Part shown: one piece after another, positions 51,539 to 63,999 of the stretch | Numbering within the stretch: the first letter of the stretch is position 1 | Layout: the number at the start of each line of letters is the position of its first letter | Assembly: GCA_030704615.1 (NCBI GenBank) | Contig: CM060731.1 | Coordinates: forward strand, 59,582,001 to 59,646,000 | Reading direction: 5' to 3' | Length of the DNA: 64,000 bases | Source: Takakia lepidozioides | Lineage: Eukaryota; Plantae; Bryophyta | Program-made: the position numbers and the translations under genes | The notes under the pieces: generated by a model | Seen by the model: only the letters and a program-made list of their open reading frames with translations | The model's database searches: none | What the model was told of the DNA's origin: nothing

Positions 51539-53313
51539 ATAATATAAGTAATAATAACTAGTGAAGGGGGATCCAACCGCTCACCACCTAGTGAAGGTAT
51601 ATCTGGAGGCTTATCCATTCAGCCTACCTCCATTACTCGCATCCTATACCCGCTCATAAGGAGTCCCCACAATGCCTCTATCCCAAGTAAATTGGGACAG
51701 AGCCAAAAAAGCCAAGTTGAGTCGGTCGTAGACTATACTGAGCCTGGGAGGGAAATAGGGTTGGAGCCCTATGGAGATGAGGGAGAACAGAACGGCGTGC
51801 AGAGAGACCGGGGCAAAGCTGGGGGTTGAGAGGGCGAGACGGGGCAGTCAGGAGGTAGAGTAGCATGCAGAGAAGAGAATTTAGCGATGGAAGTGGAGCC
51901 TGGTAGCTGAACAGGATCGCTGTCAAATTCAGGGGAGGCTGAAGAGGGGATTCCCGTGTCCCTCCCATGAAGGTGGAATTATGTCCGCCCAAAGACAGGT
52001 GAGTCACTGGAGCATGTGCAAATCAGCCCATTGTGGCCCCAGGTAGCCCTGAAAGTAGCGATGAGTGCTGGCAGACGCTCTAGTTTCTTGGTCGCCACTG
52101 CACACAGAGAGGCCAAACTTTTTTAGTTGCAATTGTCAAGTCAAAGAAAACCACCTACCCCGCCATCCGTAAGCTTCATTGACTGTTGCTAGCCACTCTA
52201 GGGGTTTGTGGTCAGACATAATATCTGTTGTAGAGGTGTTTTCTCTGTTGAGGGCCCAGGCACAACGACTCTTCCATATGTTCCAGAGGACAGACCATCT
52301 GAGGGCTTCAAAAACTGGACAGTCGGAGGCCTTAGTCTTCTGCCTCTGGTTGTAGTTGAGAAGGATTTCCAGGGATCCAAAGCTCAAGGTGTCTCAAGAC
52401 CTGTAGAAGCCTTGAGCCAGAGGCCAGACTATTGAGGGCGCCAGACAATGGAGAAGACAGTGCTTTAGAGATTCAATGGTTTGATTGGCACAGCACTGGC
52501 AGAGGAGCGCCTCAGTGAAATTGAGAAATTGGCCCACCTTGAGCACTTTATTGGCCACTTGCCATAAGGAAGCATTGATCATAGCCGGCTTTGTTTTCTC
52601 CCAGACAAGGGACCATATACATTTCCAGTCTTCCTGGTTGAAGTTCTCGTGACTCCATCTATTTTTTCATTTAGAGATGAGAGGTCTGGCTCCCAGCATA
52701 GCTCTATAGCCCTTTTTGGCCAAGTAGGAAAATAGTGGGTGCAGTTCATCCTGAAAAGCCCATTTCCATTCAGATGGGTCCAACTGTAGTGAAGTAATGC
52801 TGGAGTTCCCGAAGAGGATAAAGTTCTCCTTTACTCAGCCAGGTGAGTGTGTTTGTCCCAATAGGTACTGAAGGGTTGAATGGCTTTATCGGGGATGACC
52901 ACTGGCAAATTCTCACAAGGCTGGTATTGGAAGCTGGGAGTGATATAGGTTCATGGCTGGTGAGAGATAGATGTCCGGAAAGCTCATCTGCTTGGAAGAA
53001 AAACCCCTTGAGTGAGACCTGGCCAACTGCAGAGATATATAGAATTTGTAGTGCCTGTGAATTATTAATAACCCACTAATTGGCATGAACAGATCCTGGG
53101 CCAGCTTTTAGAATGAGTTTCATGGAAGGGTTTTATGGAAGGTGTTAGGCTCAAGTTTCCTCAAGAATGGCCTAAGGCTGTTCCAAGATTTCCAGATTGA
53201 TGACCAGAGAGGGGAGCCTGGTGATTTATGTTTAAAGCCTTGAAGAAGCCAGCGGTTTGAGGCAGGCCATGTCACGGACATAGCCCAGAAGAACTTACCA
53301 GGAGTAAATACCA
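51539..53313 (-). mobile_element. 5'-truncated L1-type LINE (ORF2 3' end)
   Basis: zf-RVT-like LCQCCANQTIESLKHCLLHC, WSVLWNIWKSRC, a (TTA)-rich tail, and a 7-bp TSD AAAGTTA at 51532-51538 and 53314-53320. Confidence 0.85.
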
Positions 53314-53425
53314 AAAGTTACCAAGCTACCATGCTATCGGAAGTTACCATGACTTACCGTGATTTACCATGATCTACCATGATTTACCATTACTTACCAA
53401 GTTACCGGAAGTTTATCAAATTACA
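53314..53425 (+). repeat. Imperfect 8-10 bp tandem repeat (ttaccatga-like)
   Basis: About 10 copies of ttacc/ctacc. Confidence 0.75.
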
Positions 53426-54621
53426 AAGAGTAACTTGAGAAACTGCTCAGGAAGCTTCTTTTGGAGGAAACTTCTCCATCAAGATACCTCCTTCGCCCTC
53501 GCATCATACTCATTTTTCCCTGTTTATAAAAATCTATCTTGTTGCCACTCCGCGTTCACCCGCATCCATACCTCGTCAAGGTGTTTGGCCCAGCCTGCCT
53601 CTCCATCACCACACAAGACACCCCCCCATCACACAGCACGACTCATTAACACTCCGATTCAATCATCCCCCCAACGTCTCAATAGCTGTCATAATCCCTT
53701 CCCTGCCCCTTATTCACTACTCTATTCTCCAAGTCCATTGCTCTACTCCTCTCATCTCCCAAATATTCATACACAACACACGCCCGCAAAAGAACAATTC
53801 TCCTAGTACCCGTGTGAATTCACAACACATCCTTAATTCCCAACTAGAGACACAACGAGTAAATTCTCAACAAGCATCCTATCTCTTCCCAGGCACTTTT
53901 GTGCGGACCCTCTGCCTTCATGCTTCATTAATGCCCATCGCCAGTGGCACCCCCCACTTCAGAGCCTTATCTGCCAAATCGAATGCTTCGATCTCAATCC
54001 ATCACAGCGCCACCACACATGCGTTCTCTTCCTCCGCCGCCTGCCCCTGACAACATACTCTCGCCAACCTCCAATATAACCGAAATCCTTAATGCCTCCC
54101 CGCCCAGCCACAACACAAGACCACTGCTTAGCAATTACACACGAACTGTCACAGTTATGGCTCCCCCCTGCCCGCGCTGCTCATTCAATATACCAAGCCG
54201 TCACCCCTCTACAACAACAATCTCTCCACAAAGCCCAGCCATCATATCTGGTACGCCCCCTCCCAACCCAACCCGTAACTGTTTCCTTCACCTCAGCCTC
54301 TGCCACCCACTCCTCCACCACCCTTACTACATTCACTTGTGCACCACCCACTTAGCTTCTTCTTCTACCATTCCACTATCTTTATACCACCCCCTACCTC
54401 GCTCCCTCTGTAATCCACGCACTCACCTTTGCCCTCTCCTCCTCTCAAACACAGGATGGTCCTCCTCTACCTGTTCCAAGGAATTCCATGCTTTTGAGAG
54501 CACCCATCGATTTCATATTCCCTGTTTTTTCTTAGCGTATAGTATCAACTGGTATAGAACCCACTGGACTAGTATTTGTTTGTCCCGAAGGTCATTTCAT
54601 GGAGGTAGAAGGATGGAAGAA

Positions 54622-55824
54622 CACTACTACGTTTGGAGGGGTTTAGCGATGCCCCAACGACCTCCAATCGCCGTGACGAAAATACTCTACGGCACCCAGG
54701 GCGCGCGCCAGGGCATTTTGCGATGTCGGGAAGTTGCAGAGACGTCGCTCCCGGAACGTCGCTAATTAACGTTGTCGGGGAATTGCAAACCCACCGGGAC
54801 CCCCCGGCCGCGGTGCCGGCGTGACTTGCGACGTCAGGGCATGAGGAAAAATAAAATAAAAATAAAAAACGTTTTTTTCTGCGACGCCACGTAAGGGACG
54901 TCCGGGAGTTGTAAATGCGACCCCCAGACGTCACAGTTTAGGGGGGTACATTTGAATTTAGGTGGGAAAATTTGAATTTGAATTTCAAAAACTAGTTGAC
55001 CATTGACTCGGCGTTGACCATCGACTCCGGTTTTGTCCAATGACAATTCATATATTGTTCTACATATATTAGGCAATGCATACTTGAACCTAGAACCTCA
55101 ACATAATAACATTTCTAAGACACTACACACTAACCAACGAATCTACAATACATCTATGTATCACAAAAACAGTCCAAGTATATATATACATATCAAGAGT
55201 TAGCTCCTAGTGACTACCACTATCTCAATCCTATCATTGTGTTGCAGATTATGCGTACTCTACAGGAGCTCTCATACCTGGAACTTACACCGAGACTTGT
55301 TCCCAAAGTTCTTCAAGAACAAATATCTATCAATGGCCTAAGTTTTGCAAAACTGCATTGCAACTTATCGTTGGACAATGGTTGTAGTCTGAGGATACCA
55401 AGCCCATTATGCTCTACAATCTACTCCCAGAATTAATTTTTCGCGACGCCCCCAGGACGCCGGGGAATCGCAGCGATGCTTTATCGACGGCCGGGTTTTT
55501 TTTTTTTTTTTTTTTTTTCCGCCGTTGCAGGAACGCCTAGCCGTTGCAAAAGCGTCGTTGGGCTGCGACGCTGCAATGCCTCATTGCGATTCCCCGACGT
55601 CACATCCCCTCCAACGCGTTGGCGGGGGAATGGGTTAGGCCCTTTTTCCGGCGACGGCATGGCATGGCAAGATGCCACAACGTCGTCCGAGCGCCGGCGT
55701 TGCGATGCCCCGACGTCGCAAGTCCCGGGCCGGGCGCCTGTGCGACGCTGCAGTCGTAGGGGGGTCGGCGCGTCCGGCGCGTCCGGGGTCCTAGCGTCGC
55801 TAACCCCCCCTAAACGTAGTAGTG
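54622..55824. mobile_element. Small non-autonomous CACTA element (1203 bp)
   Basis: TIRs CACTACTACGTTT / AAACGTAGTAGTG, TSD GAA on both sides, and dense gcgacg/cgtcgc subterminal motifs. Confidence 0.95.
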
Positions 55825-55979
55825 GAAGCTGATCTTACAGAAGCCTTGCTTGATTGCCTCGGGAGTCATTGATCGTGGTTTCAAAGGAGAAGTACGCTTG
55901 CTCATTGCTAACCCTGAGTGCCATGTTCATGTTCACAAAGGTCAAGTGTTTGCTAGACTAACTGCCTTGCATTTTTCAG

Positions 55980-56577
55980 AGATATCTTCTGTTTAGGGTG
56001 CTTTAAGTCTATAGGACATAGGGTTGGGAGAAATGTGACCATTAAGGTCCCCACTACTCCTTTTGTCATTCCTCGGCTTGGAGTGGTGGAGTTCCTGAGG
56101 CGTCTTTTTGAAAACTTTCATGTTGCCATTTGGTCTTGCTCTGAAACAGACATTGTTCTTAAGATGCTACAATGTTTTGTGCCCATTGATATGATGAAGC
56201 TCTTCTGTTTTGTTTGGTCCAATGAGCATTGCAATGCGACAGCCGGCTATATTAAGCCTGGGATGAGATATCTCATTAAGGATATTCAAACAGTTCTTGC
56301 TAGTTTTCCTGGAAAAATGTTTGCGAGGGAAAGGCAAATCCTTCTTGTGGATGATGAACCATCAAAATCATTCAAAAACCCTACAAATACTGGATATTTC
56401 CTTCTTACTTTTAATGGGTCAAAAAATAAGCTGTCTAATATAAATGATGCAGTGTGGCCATTCATCTCAAACATGATAGGAGTATCCAGTGTTGTTGAGT
56501 ATGTGAGTGAGAGCTTTGCAAAATCATCTCGTGCAGCGATAGATCGGAATCACCCACTATGGTCTTGGTATGGGTGA
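55980..56577 (+). CDS. Second FCP1/NIF-type HAD phosphatase-like exon (motif I not evident; functionality unknown)
   Basis: VIPRLGVVEFLRRLFENFHVAIWSC, FVWSNEHC, YLIKDI and ILLVDDEPSKSFKNP. The frame is open from an acceptor (ttttcag) at 55979. Confidence 0.75.
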
Positions 56578-57649
56578 TATTTGGATCCTTCTGTTTTCCA
56601 TCCGTGGACAAGTCAGCCTGATTATCTTGGTATGTACTTCGCCATTCATGTCAAAGTTAAATAAATACTGAACGGTAACATACATTTTTTTTAGGTATGT
56701 ATTGTTCTTTATTTTAGTTTCTCAATTAGCCGGTCGTTTTTTTATTGGGTTTGTGGGCTTCGATATTTTTCAGTGACTTACGAGTATGAGTTGAGGACTG
56801 CGGTTCTCAAAGAGAAAGCAAACATTCATCAGAATGGTTCAAAATCGAAATGGTTCAAGATCGGACTGGTTCAAGATGTGAATGGTTCAAGATCTTCAAC
56901 TTCGTCAACCACATGTTCCAGTATCAATTCTGATGATCTACTCGACCATTCCGAGAATAGATCATTTTCGTCTGGTGCAGAAAGTAAAGCGGAAATCGGA
57001 TGGGGCATAGGGAGGCGTCTTCGAACTCAGCCCCTGAATACAAGTCGTTTGGGAAGGGAATCATCATTCGTGACGGCTTCTCAAGTCTAGAATATGTCAT
57101 CCCATGATGTTAGTTCTTAACAATTATAGTATTATTTACGGCTGTGGCAGGGCATATGGACAATTTGCTGTAGAAATCGCAAGTTCTTTAGTTGTATCTG
57201 CACAGTTCGACTTACATGTCAAGGTCGCATGTAGTGAATATCATTGTGCATTCAATGACATTCGAAAATAAAAATGATCTATTCTCATCTGTGTCCAAGT
57301 TTGATTTGTCATTTCTATTGGATGCTCTGAACTATGAATGAAGCTCTCCTGATTTTAATGTTTGTTTCCACTTTTTGTCAGTTTTGGACTTTAAGCTCTA
57401 CATGATGTGGTTGAAGTATATATTCTTTTTTTATCTCTCTTCGTGAACATCGGCATTAGAGTCAAAGTTTTTTCATTTGTCCAACATCCGCAAACATTTC
57501 TAAAGTTGATCAAAGTATATATGACTAATTTGTAATGGCACTAACGAATTGTTAGTGGAATAAAAATTATTTTTTGGGTTTCATATATGATTTATTTATT
57601 CACTTATTCTTATTTCTGGACTCATCTCAAGTCCGGAATTAGTTAAAAT

Positions 57650-59129
57650 TGAGTTGTTTGTGTGGGGCATCTGAGATGTGTGACTGGAAGTTGCCTGCGT
57701 TTCACGAAGAGAGCGGTACTAAAAATGAGAGTGAGTGGGAAGGACTCTCCGACAATCCTTTTATCCCAGTCTGTGCCCCACCGTCTGCTAGTACATTTGC
57801 TTGTAAGTTCTGCAAGGTGGCCCCTCCTGCATTGCACATTGCCCTGCTCGCATGTACTACGTTACTCACCGTTGCAAAACCATGACTCGAGCCCACATTC
57901 ATTTTGGGGCTCATGACCATCCTGTGTCTCACGGCGAATGTAGAGATAGTGTGGAGTTGGCACGTGGGCTTATCGCAGAGGAGTTTGCAAAGTCCCCTTC
58001 AGCCAAACCATCTGTCATAGCACTGGCTGCCAGCAAAAGTTTCCTGGAGAGGCACATTCTGGGGCAAGGAAGCAAATCCAGCTCAAGACTTGAGGGGGCG
58101 TCTTTGGATGTAGTGATGGATCACTTCTCCGTGTTTAGCTCCCCCAATATTAGGAATTAGGTGAATGCATTGAGAGTGCGTGGTGGAAACACAGGGTCCA
58201 TCGACAGCATTATGGAGCTCAAGCGAATAAGTCAATATGACTTTATCCACACTAGCGCCTTCCCGGGTCAGGGGTCTTCAAAGGTTTATTTGTTCAAGAT
58301 GTCTACGGTGGGCGAGGGCAGTGGTGTCAGCCTGGCCAGAAGTATACAACCAGGGGGGGATTTGGAGAAAGCCTCGATGATCGATCATTGCAAACGAGTG
58401 AAGGGCTGGACAACCATGTCTTGCCATGTTTACGACCCGAACTACCAAAGAATAATGACAATTGCCATCTGTGACATGCAGTCTGAAGATACAGAGTCCC
58501 AGATGATAATGTGGAATTGTTTGCTTTCAGTCATGGAGTCCAATGGACATATAGACATAAATTACAACGGGTTTATGGCGGATAGTGCACATGCTAACTT
58601 CAACGTTGTGCGCCAAGTTTTTGGATCTGGTGATCCAAAGGTACCCATGCCTAATAGGGAGCGCACATGTCTATTCCACTGGACTTAGTCCCTGTAGAAA
58701 TATACGAAGAGGTGCATCAGAAGAGATCTGCAGGCGGAGCACATGAGGCTCTGCTTCATGTACAAGAATGCGACTATAATGGAAGAGGCTGAGAGCAGGT
58801 ACCAGACAGTGAGATGGTGGTTCTCGTCAGGGGCTACTGATAAGGACGGTGTCAAAGAATTGGAAGACTGGTTGGTCTTCTGGCACTTCAGATACCGACA
58901 ATGGGGGGCTTTCATGACTACTGTAAGCTGCCTTTCACCTCTACAATCCCTTGTATGTGCCCAGTTTCTTTCCTTGTTCCCAGAACGGTCCGCGCTTGCA
59001 TAAATGACGCTCTTTCATTTTCCTTTCACAGGACATGTTCCTTGAGGACATTGCGGACATGTCGTCCTGCAACCTGGCAGAAAGCGTTCACGCCGCCTGG
59101 AAGCAGCAATCTGACAAAGCAGGAAGAGA
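57650..59129 (+). pseudogene. Mutator-like (MULE) DDE transposase pseudogene, intron 58923-59031, interrupted by CACTA
   Basis: CKFC..P Cys cluster, MIDHCKRVKGWTT, GFMADSAHANF and TCLFHW; after the intron, CNLAESVHAAW. Confidence 0.75.
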
Positions 59130-60169
59130 CACTACTACAAAAACCGGTTTTTCCAACACCACCCATAGTTCACACCTGGCACTTTGAACGGCTCTTCTTA
59201 CACCCATGTGAGACGAGGCAAGGTGTGATTTGGATCATTGTAGGAAAAGCCACATGGTGTTACAAATTTCACACTCGAATGACACCCATACGGTCAACAG
59301 ATGTTGACCAAGATAATTCATATGGGGCATTTGACATGAGTGTCAAATGAGTCATGGAGTGTGAGGTGAGTGTCAGATGTCCTACAGGAATTTGGGGCAA
59401 CTATATGGCGTGGCACATTGACCATCAAGGTGGATATGACTTGGCCCATTGACCATCGAGGTGGAAGATGGATGGATAAAATGACTTCCACCTCTATTCA
59501 ACATGCCCTGGACGACATAACACATAGACTTTTGTTTAGAGAATTTAAAAAGTTCAAAAAGGTTATTAGGGTTATGGGGACCAACAATCCAAAAAGATGC
59601 ACTGCTCATGCAGCTGACGACAATATCGTTATGAGAATGTCACACTATAATGAACAATGTAAAACAATTGCTTTGAGAAGCTATAGATAAAACTACCACA
59701 TGTCGTCTCAGAGATTTGGGAGCCCGGCAATGTCAATCCCATTTCTGTCCAGTCAACCGTGACCCTTCACAATGAGACAGTCTGAAGTTGAGCTGAGCAC
59801 GGATTTCAATCTCTACTAGTCCAACCGTACTAGACAAATATCCAGTGATCCTCAGACAAGGTTTTCTTCGCCACCTTACATAAATTGTTCCCAATGACTC
59901 AATCCCTGTCCACATTGTTGCTAGATTCGAGAAGCTTGGACAAAGTGCCTTGCTCTTTGTGACTGCCTCCTTTTTTGAGACAACAGGGTTTTTTTGCTAC
60001 GGGTGTCCTTCACTCACAACCGTCTTTTTTACATTGCGTCCGGGATATCAATGATCACCCCAGCCTGAATTTTGCCCCACCCTATCAAGCGCCAATGCTT
60101 TTTAACTAGTGCTTTTCAACTCGTCTACTGAGGGCCCCACTTTCTCCCCTTTGCTGGTACATGTCAAAA

Positions 60170-61975
60170 TCACTCCAAGAGCCATAGTGTTGGAAAACTG
60201 CCTTGGAAAACATACATGTCCACGAGGGCATTGTTCAGAATCACATCAGGTAGAATTCCAGCTTTGACAATGAAGCCATGGACCTCTTCCCTTTTTCCAG
60301 AGCTGCCAGGTTTGCCCTTGATGCTCCCACATTTGGCATACGAGGCATTTGGCATACCCTTGATGCTCCCCGCATTTGGATCGCATCTGTTACAATTCCA
60401 ACTTTGGTGATGCATCCAAAGCTGCCAGACTTGCACACGCACTGCAAACGCACAATCTCGTTCAGCCATAGTGTTGAACACGCATCCTCAGTGCTCCCAC
60501 ATTTGCTATACATGTGTCCACCACCAGCTAACTTGCAGAATTCAACATGGAAATTTAGGGCCGATTCTAATAAGAGGGAAAAACAGGGTGAAATGTGTTG
60601 AAGAAGGTGCCCTCATTGCCTGATTTTACCAATTGTGTCGCTGCTGCTGCGGCTTCCAGTTGATCATCTACCCATGCAGGTTTCTTGTAGCTATTCTCCC
60701 ACAAGGAATCATAGGCAATGTTGTGCTTGAAATGTGACCCTCACCGATGAATCTGGACCCACACTCTATCCCTGCTCCTTCAGCTATCCATGCCTCTGCA
60801 CAAAATCATGCATACATCCTTGCCTTGCGCAGCTGACAATAACAGCCTACATTTGTTCTAGGAAACACCCAACTCAACTTCTCACACTAGTTCATATGCT
60901 CAATTGCATCTGCTACTCTCTGTAATCCAACAGACATTCACCTTTTTGCCACAATTGGGCCACCATTGATTAGGGTCAGAAAAGTATTCATGCCACAGCT
61001 TCATGACTGTTTAGGGTTCACTGTCACAAATGAAAGTGTGTTTGTCAGAATTCTGCCCACCCCAACAGCTCAGTCACTCCCACCCATGTAAGGTACCATG
61101 TTGTATCAAGTATAAACCCTGGAAAAGTACATGCAATAGCAAAAACCAACTCTACACCATAGCACAACTGGCTTGGTACCTCCCATGTGGAGCTTGCCTC
61201 CGCCTTCTACCATTTTCGCCTCTGCCTTGCAGGTGCATTCAAGTTGGCAATGGCCAATTCAGCAATTCAAAGGCTCCATCCCACTTCACTGCTGTGCACA
61301 TCCTGCAAGCATCGCGCTCCACGACACCACATCTTGTTCAGCCATGGTGTTGAACACTCCCTAAATTTGACCAAATCAGAAAAGTATTCATTCCACACCT
61401 TCTCCTCATCTCTTGTACCTGTTTCTGGATACTTTCCTGTTGTCACATTGACAGTATCATGTCAAAGTCACTCCAATCTATCAAAGATTCAGTCAACCAG
61501 CTAACTTGCATAATTCAACATGGAAATTTAGGGCCGATTGTGATAAGGGGGAAAAACAGGCTGAAATGTGTTGAAGAAGGTCCCTCATCGCCTGATTTTA
61601 CCAATTGTGCCGCTGCTGCTGCGGCTTCCAGTTGACCATCTACCCATGCAGGTTTCTTGTACCAATCCTTCCACAAGGAATCATAGGCAATGTTGTGCTT
61701 GAAATGTGGCCCTCTTGGATGAATCTGGACCCACACTCTATCCCTGCTCCTTCAGCTATCCATGCCTCTCACAAATCATGCATACATCTTTGCCTTGCTG
61801 GTAGCAACTGACAATAACAGCCTACATTTGTTCAAGGAAACACCCAACTCAACTTCTCACACTAGTTCCTATGCTCAATTGCATCTGCTACTCTCTATAA
61901 TCCAACATGCATTCACCTTTTTCCCACAATTGGGCCACCATTGATTAGGGTCAGAAAAGTATTCATGCCACAGCT
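60170..61975 (-). pseudogene. Captured PLS-class PPR and OSB-type PDF-motif gene fragments
   Basis: MYSKCGSTEDA, EVHGFIVKAGILPDVILNNALVDMY and VFNTMAEQDVVSWSAMLAGCAQ. Spliced PDF motif LWHEYFSDPNQWWPNCGKK|IHPRGPHFKHNIAYDSLW...PAWVDGQL, with intron 61725-61916. Confidence 0.8.
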
Positions 61976-62236
61976 TCATGACTGTTTAGGGTTCACTGTC
62001 ACAAATGAAAGTGTGTTTGTCAGAATTCTGCCCACCCCAACAGCTCAGTCACTCCCACCCATGGAAGGTACCATGCTGTATCAAGTCTAAACCCTGGAAA
62101 AGTACATGCAATAGCAGAAACCAACTCTACACCATAGCACAACTGGCTTGGTACCTCCCATGTGGAGCTTGCCTCCGCCTTCTACCATTTCGCCTCTGCC
62201 TTGCAGGTGCATTCAAGTTGGCAATGGCCAATTCAT
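60523..62236. repeat. Direct duplication of ~740 bp (60523-61261 and 61496-62236)
   Basis: Both copies begin cagctaacttgca.aattcaacatggaaatttagggccg and end caagttggcaatggccaattca. Confidence 0.9.
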
Positions 62237-63999
62237 CTGCCTCACTCAAAGGAACACAAACAGCAAGCTCAGTCATGATGTTATGAGGAATTTCAGGAGG
62301 CACCATGCCTACATAAATGTCTCCCTCACCCAGTGCCACTTCTGTAATATCGTGAACCACTCGTCGGGATCGAGGGTCCTTGTGAAGGACCACCTTCCAG
62401 TTCCCTCGTGAACTTTTTTCATCCGAGAAAAAAACTTGCTCCACCTGACTAGGGAATGTCCAGGGCTGCTCCATCCCAGGCAACATGCGACTGAAGTCAA
62501 CCAAGAGAAAGCCATAATCATCTCGTTTCATGGTGGCATTCCGGCCCACCATGTGTGACCTCACCCATGTACACAAGAACAGAATTGGGTGAAGAATTCC
62601 GTAATCCAGTTGAATTATTTCTCTTACAACACCCACATATTCCAATTGGGATAACACTCGTCTGGACATACCTGCTCTGTTTTCGCTTTCCTGATGGAAT
62701 ACTTGAGCAACTCCAGAATCAAATGTCACCCTGTCTCTGGCGCCAGTCCCATCACTTATTGCTCGAAAGTGATTGCCGTAAGCATACATGGACTTGAAGC
62801 CCAATGACTGTACTGCTGGTGGTATACATAAATGGCATATGTCCAAATCATAGGACTCACCTGAACTCACCTTGCGTTGGACAGCACCTTCAATCCATTC
62901 ATGGAATGGAGCCAGTAAGCGCATATCTGTTGGGTATGGAATTTCTCCATTGTGGTGGTCTTGGTCTTGTCCACAAAGGTATGCTGTTCTGAACTCAGTG
63001 CGGGATGCTTCTATGAGTGCCATCTCCTCTTCATAGGCCCTGTCCAAATGAGAATTGCAAATTAGGATTACAGCTTATACCATTGGCAGAAATGAAACAC
63101 ACAGGATATGATAAGCAACATACTTACTCAAGGAATGGTTTCATGCAATCTGTGTTGTGCAAAATATACTCGTGTGCACTGTCTCGTTCTTGAATGGTGA
63201 GGACTCGTACAGTTCCCAATCCTTCAACCACCTCCCCACTAACTGAGTCTTCTTCATTGGAGTCCCACACCCTTCGGCTTGTAGCATGAAATTCAGCCAT
63301 ATACTCAGTTAGAAACCCTAGGGCCTCATCCAAAGCATACCCTTCCGCCATGCTCCCTTCAGGTCGGCTCATATTCCTTACATAGCCTTTTAATGTCTTC
63401 ATATACCATTCCATAGGATACATCCAACGGCTAGACACGGGACCACACACCTCCAATTCGTCCACAAGGTGTACAAGCAAGTGAGTCATGATATCAAAAA
63501 ATGACGGAGGGAATTCTTTCTCCAGCAGACACATAGTGATTGCAACATCTTCTTTTAAGGCCGGTACCTCAGCTGGATTAATGATCTTTGCACACATTTT
63601 TTGGAAGACTCGAGAAAGCCTCATAATTGCCATCCGTGGACCCTTTCCCAATACCCCTCGAATGCAAAGAGGTAAAATCTGCTACATCATTACATGGTAG
63701 TCATGGGTTTTCATTGTAGACAGTTTATTGTCAGCCACATGTTTCTGGAATGTGGCAGCATAACTGGGGGCCTTTACTGCAGCCAATGTTTCCAAAAACA
63801 GCACCTTCTCATCTTACAAAACTTTTTTGCATGCCTTGGAGTACCTGGAATCAACATTAGGGCCGCAAGCTGGGCAGGCCTTGTATCCCCCGTGTGCGCA
63901 TCCTGCTAGCAACCCATAAGCTGGAAAGTCGTGGATTGACCACATCAAGATGGCCCTCATGCGAAATGACTGTTGCCCCACTAGGCTACTTCCATCCAA
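62127..63999 (-). pseudogene. CACTA TnpD-like transposase (Transposase_21 C-terminus, DUF4218, DUF4216), internally deleted
   Basis: DFPAYGLLAGC..G..ACP.C, FPPSFFDIMTHLLVHL...WMYPME..MKTLK.YVRN..RPEGSM.EGY, and YVGVVREIIQLDY...LFLC.W...QVEQVF. Confidence 0.92.
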
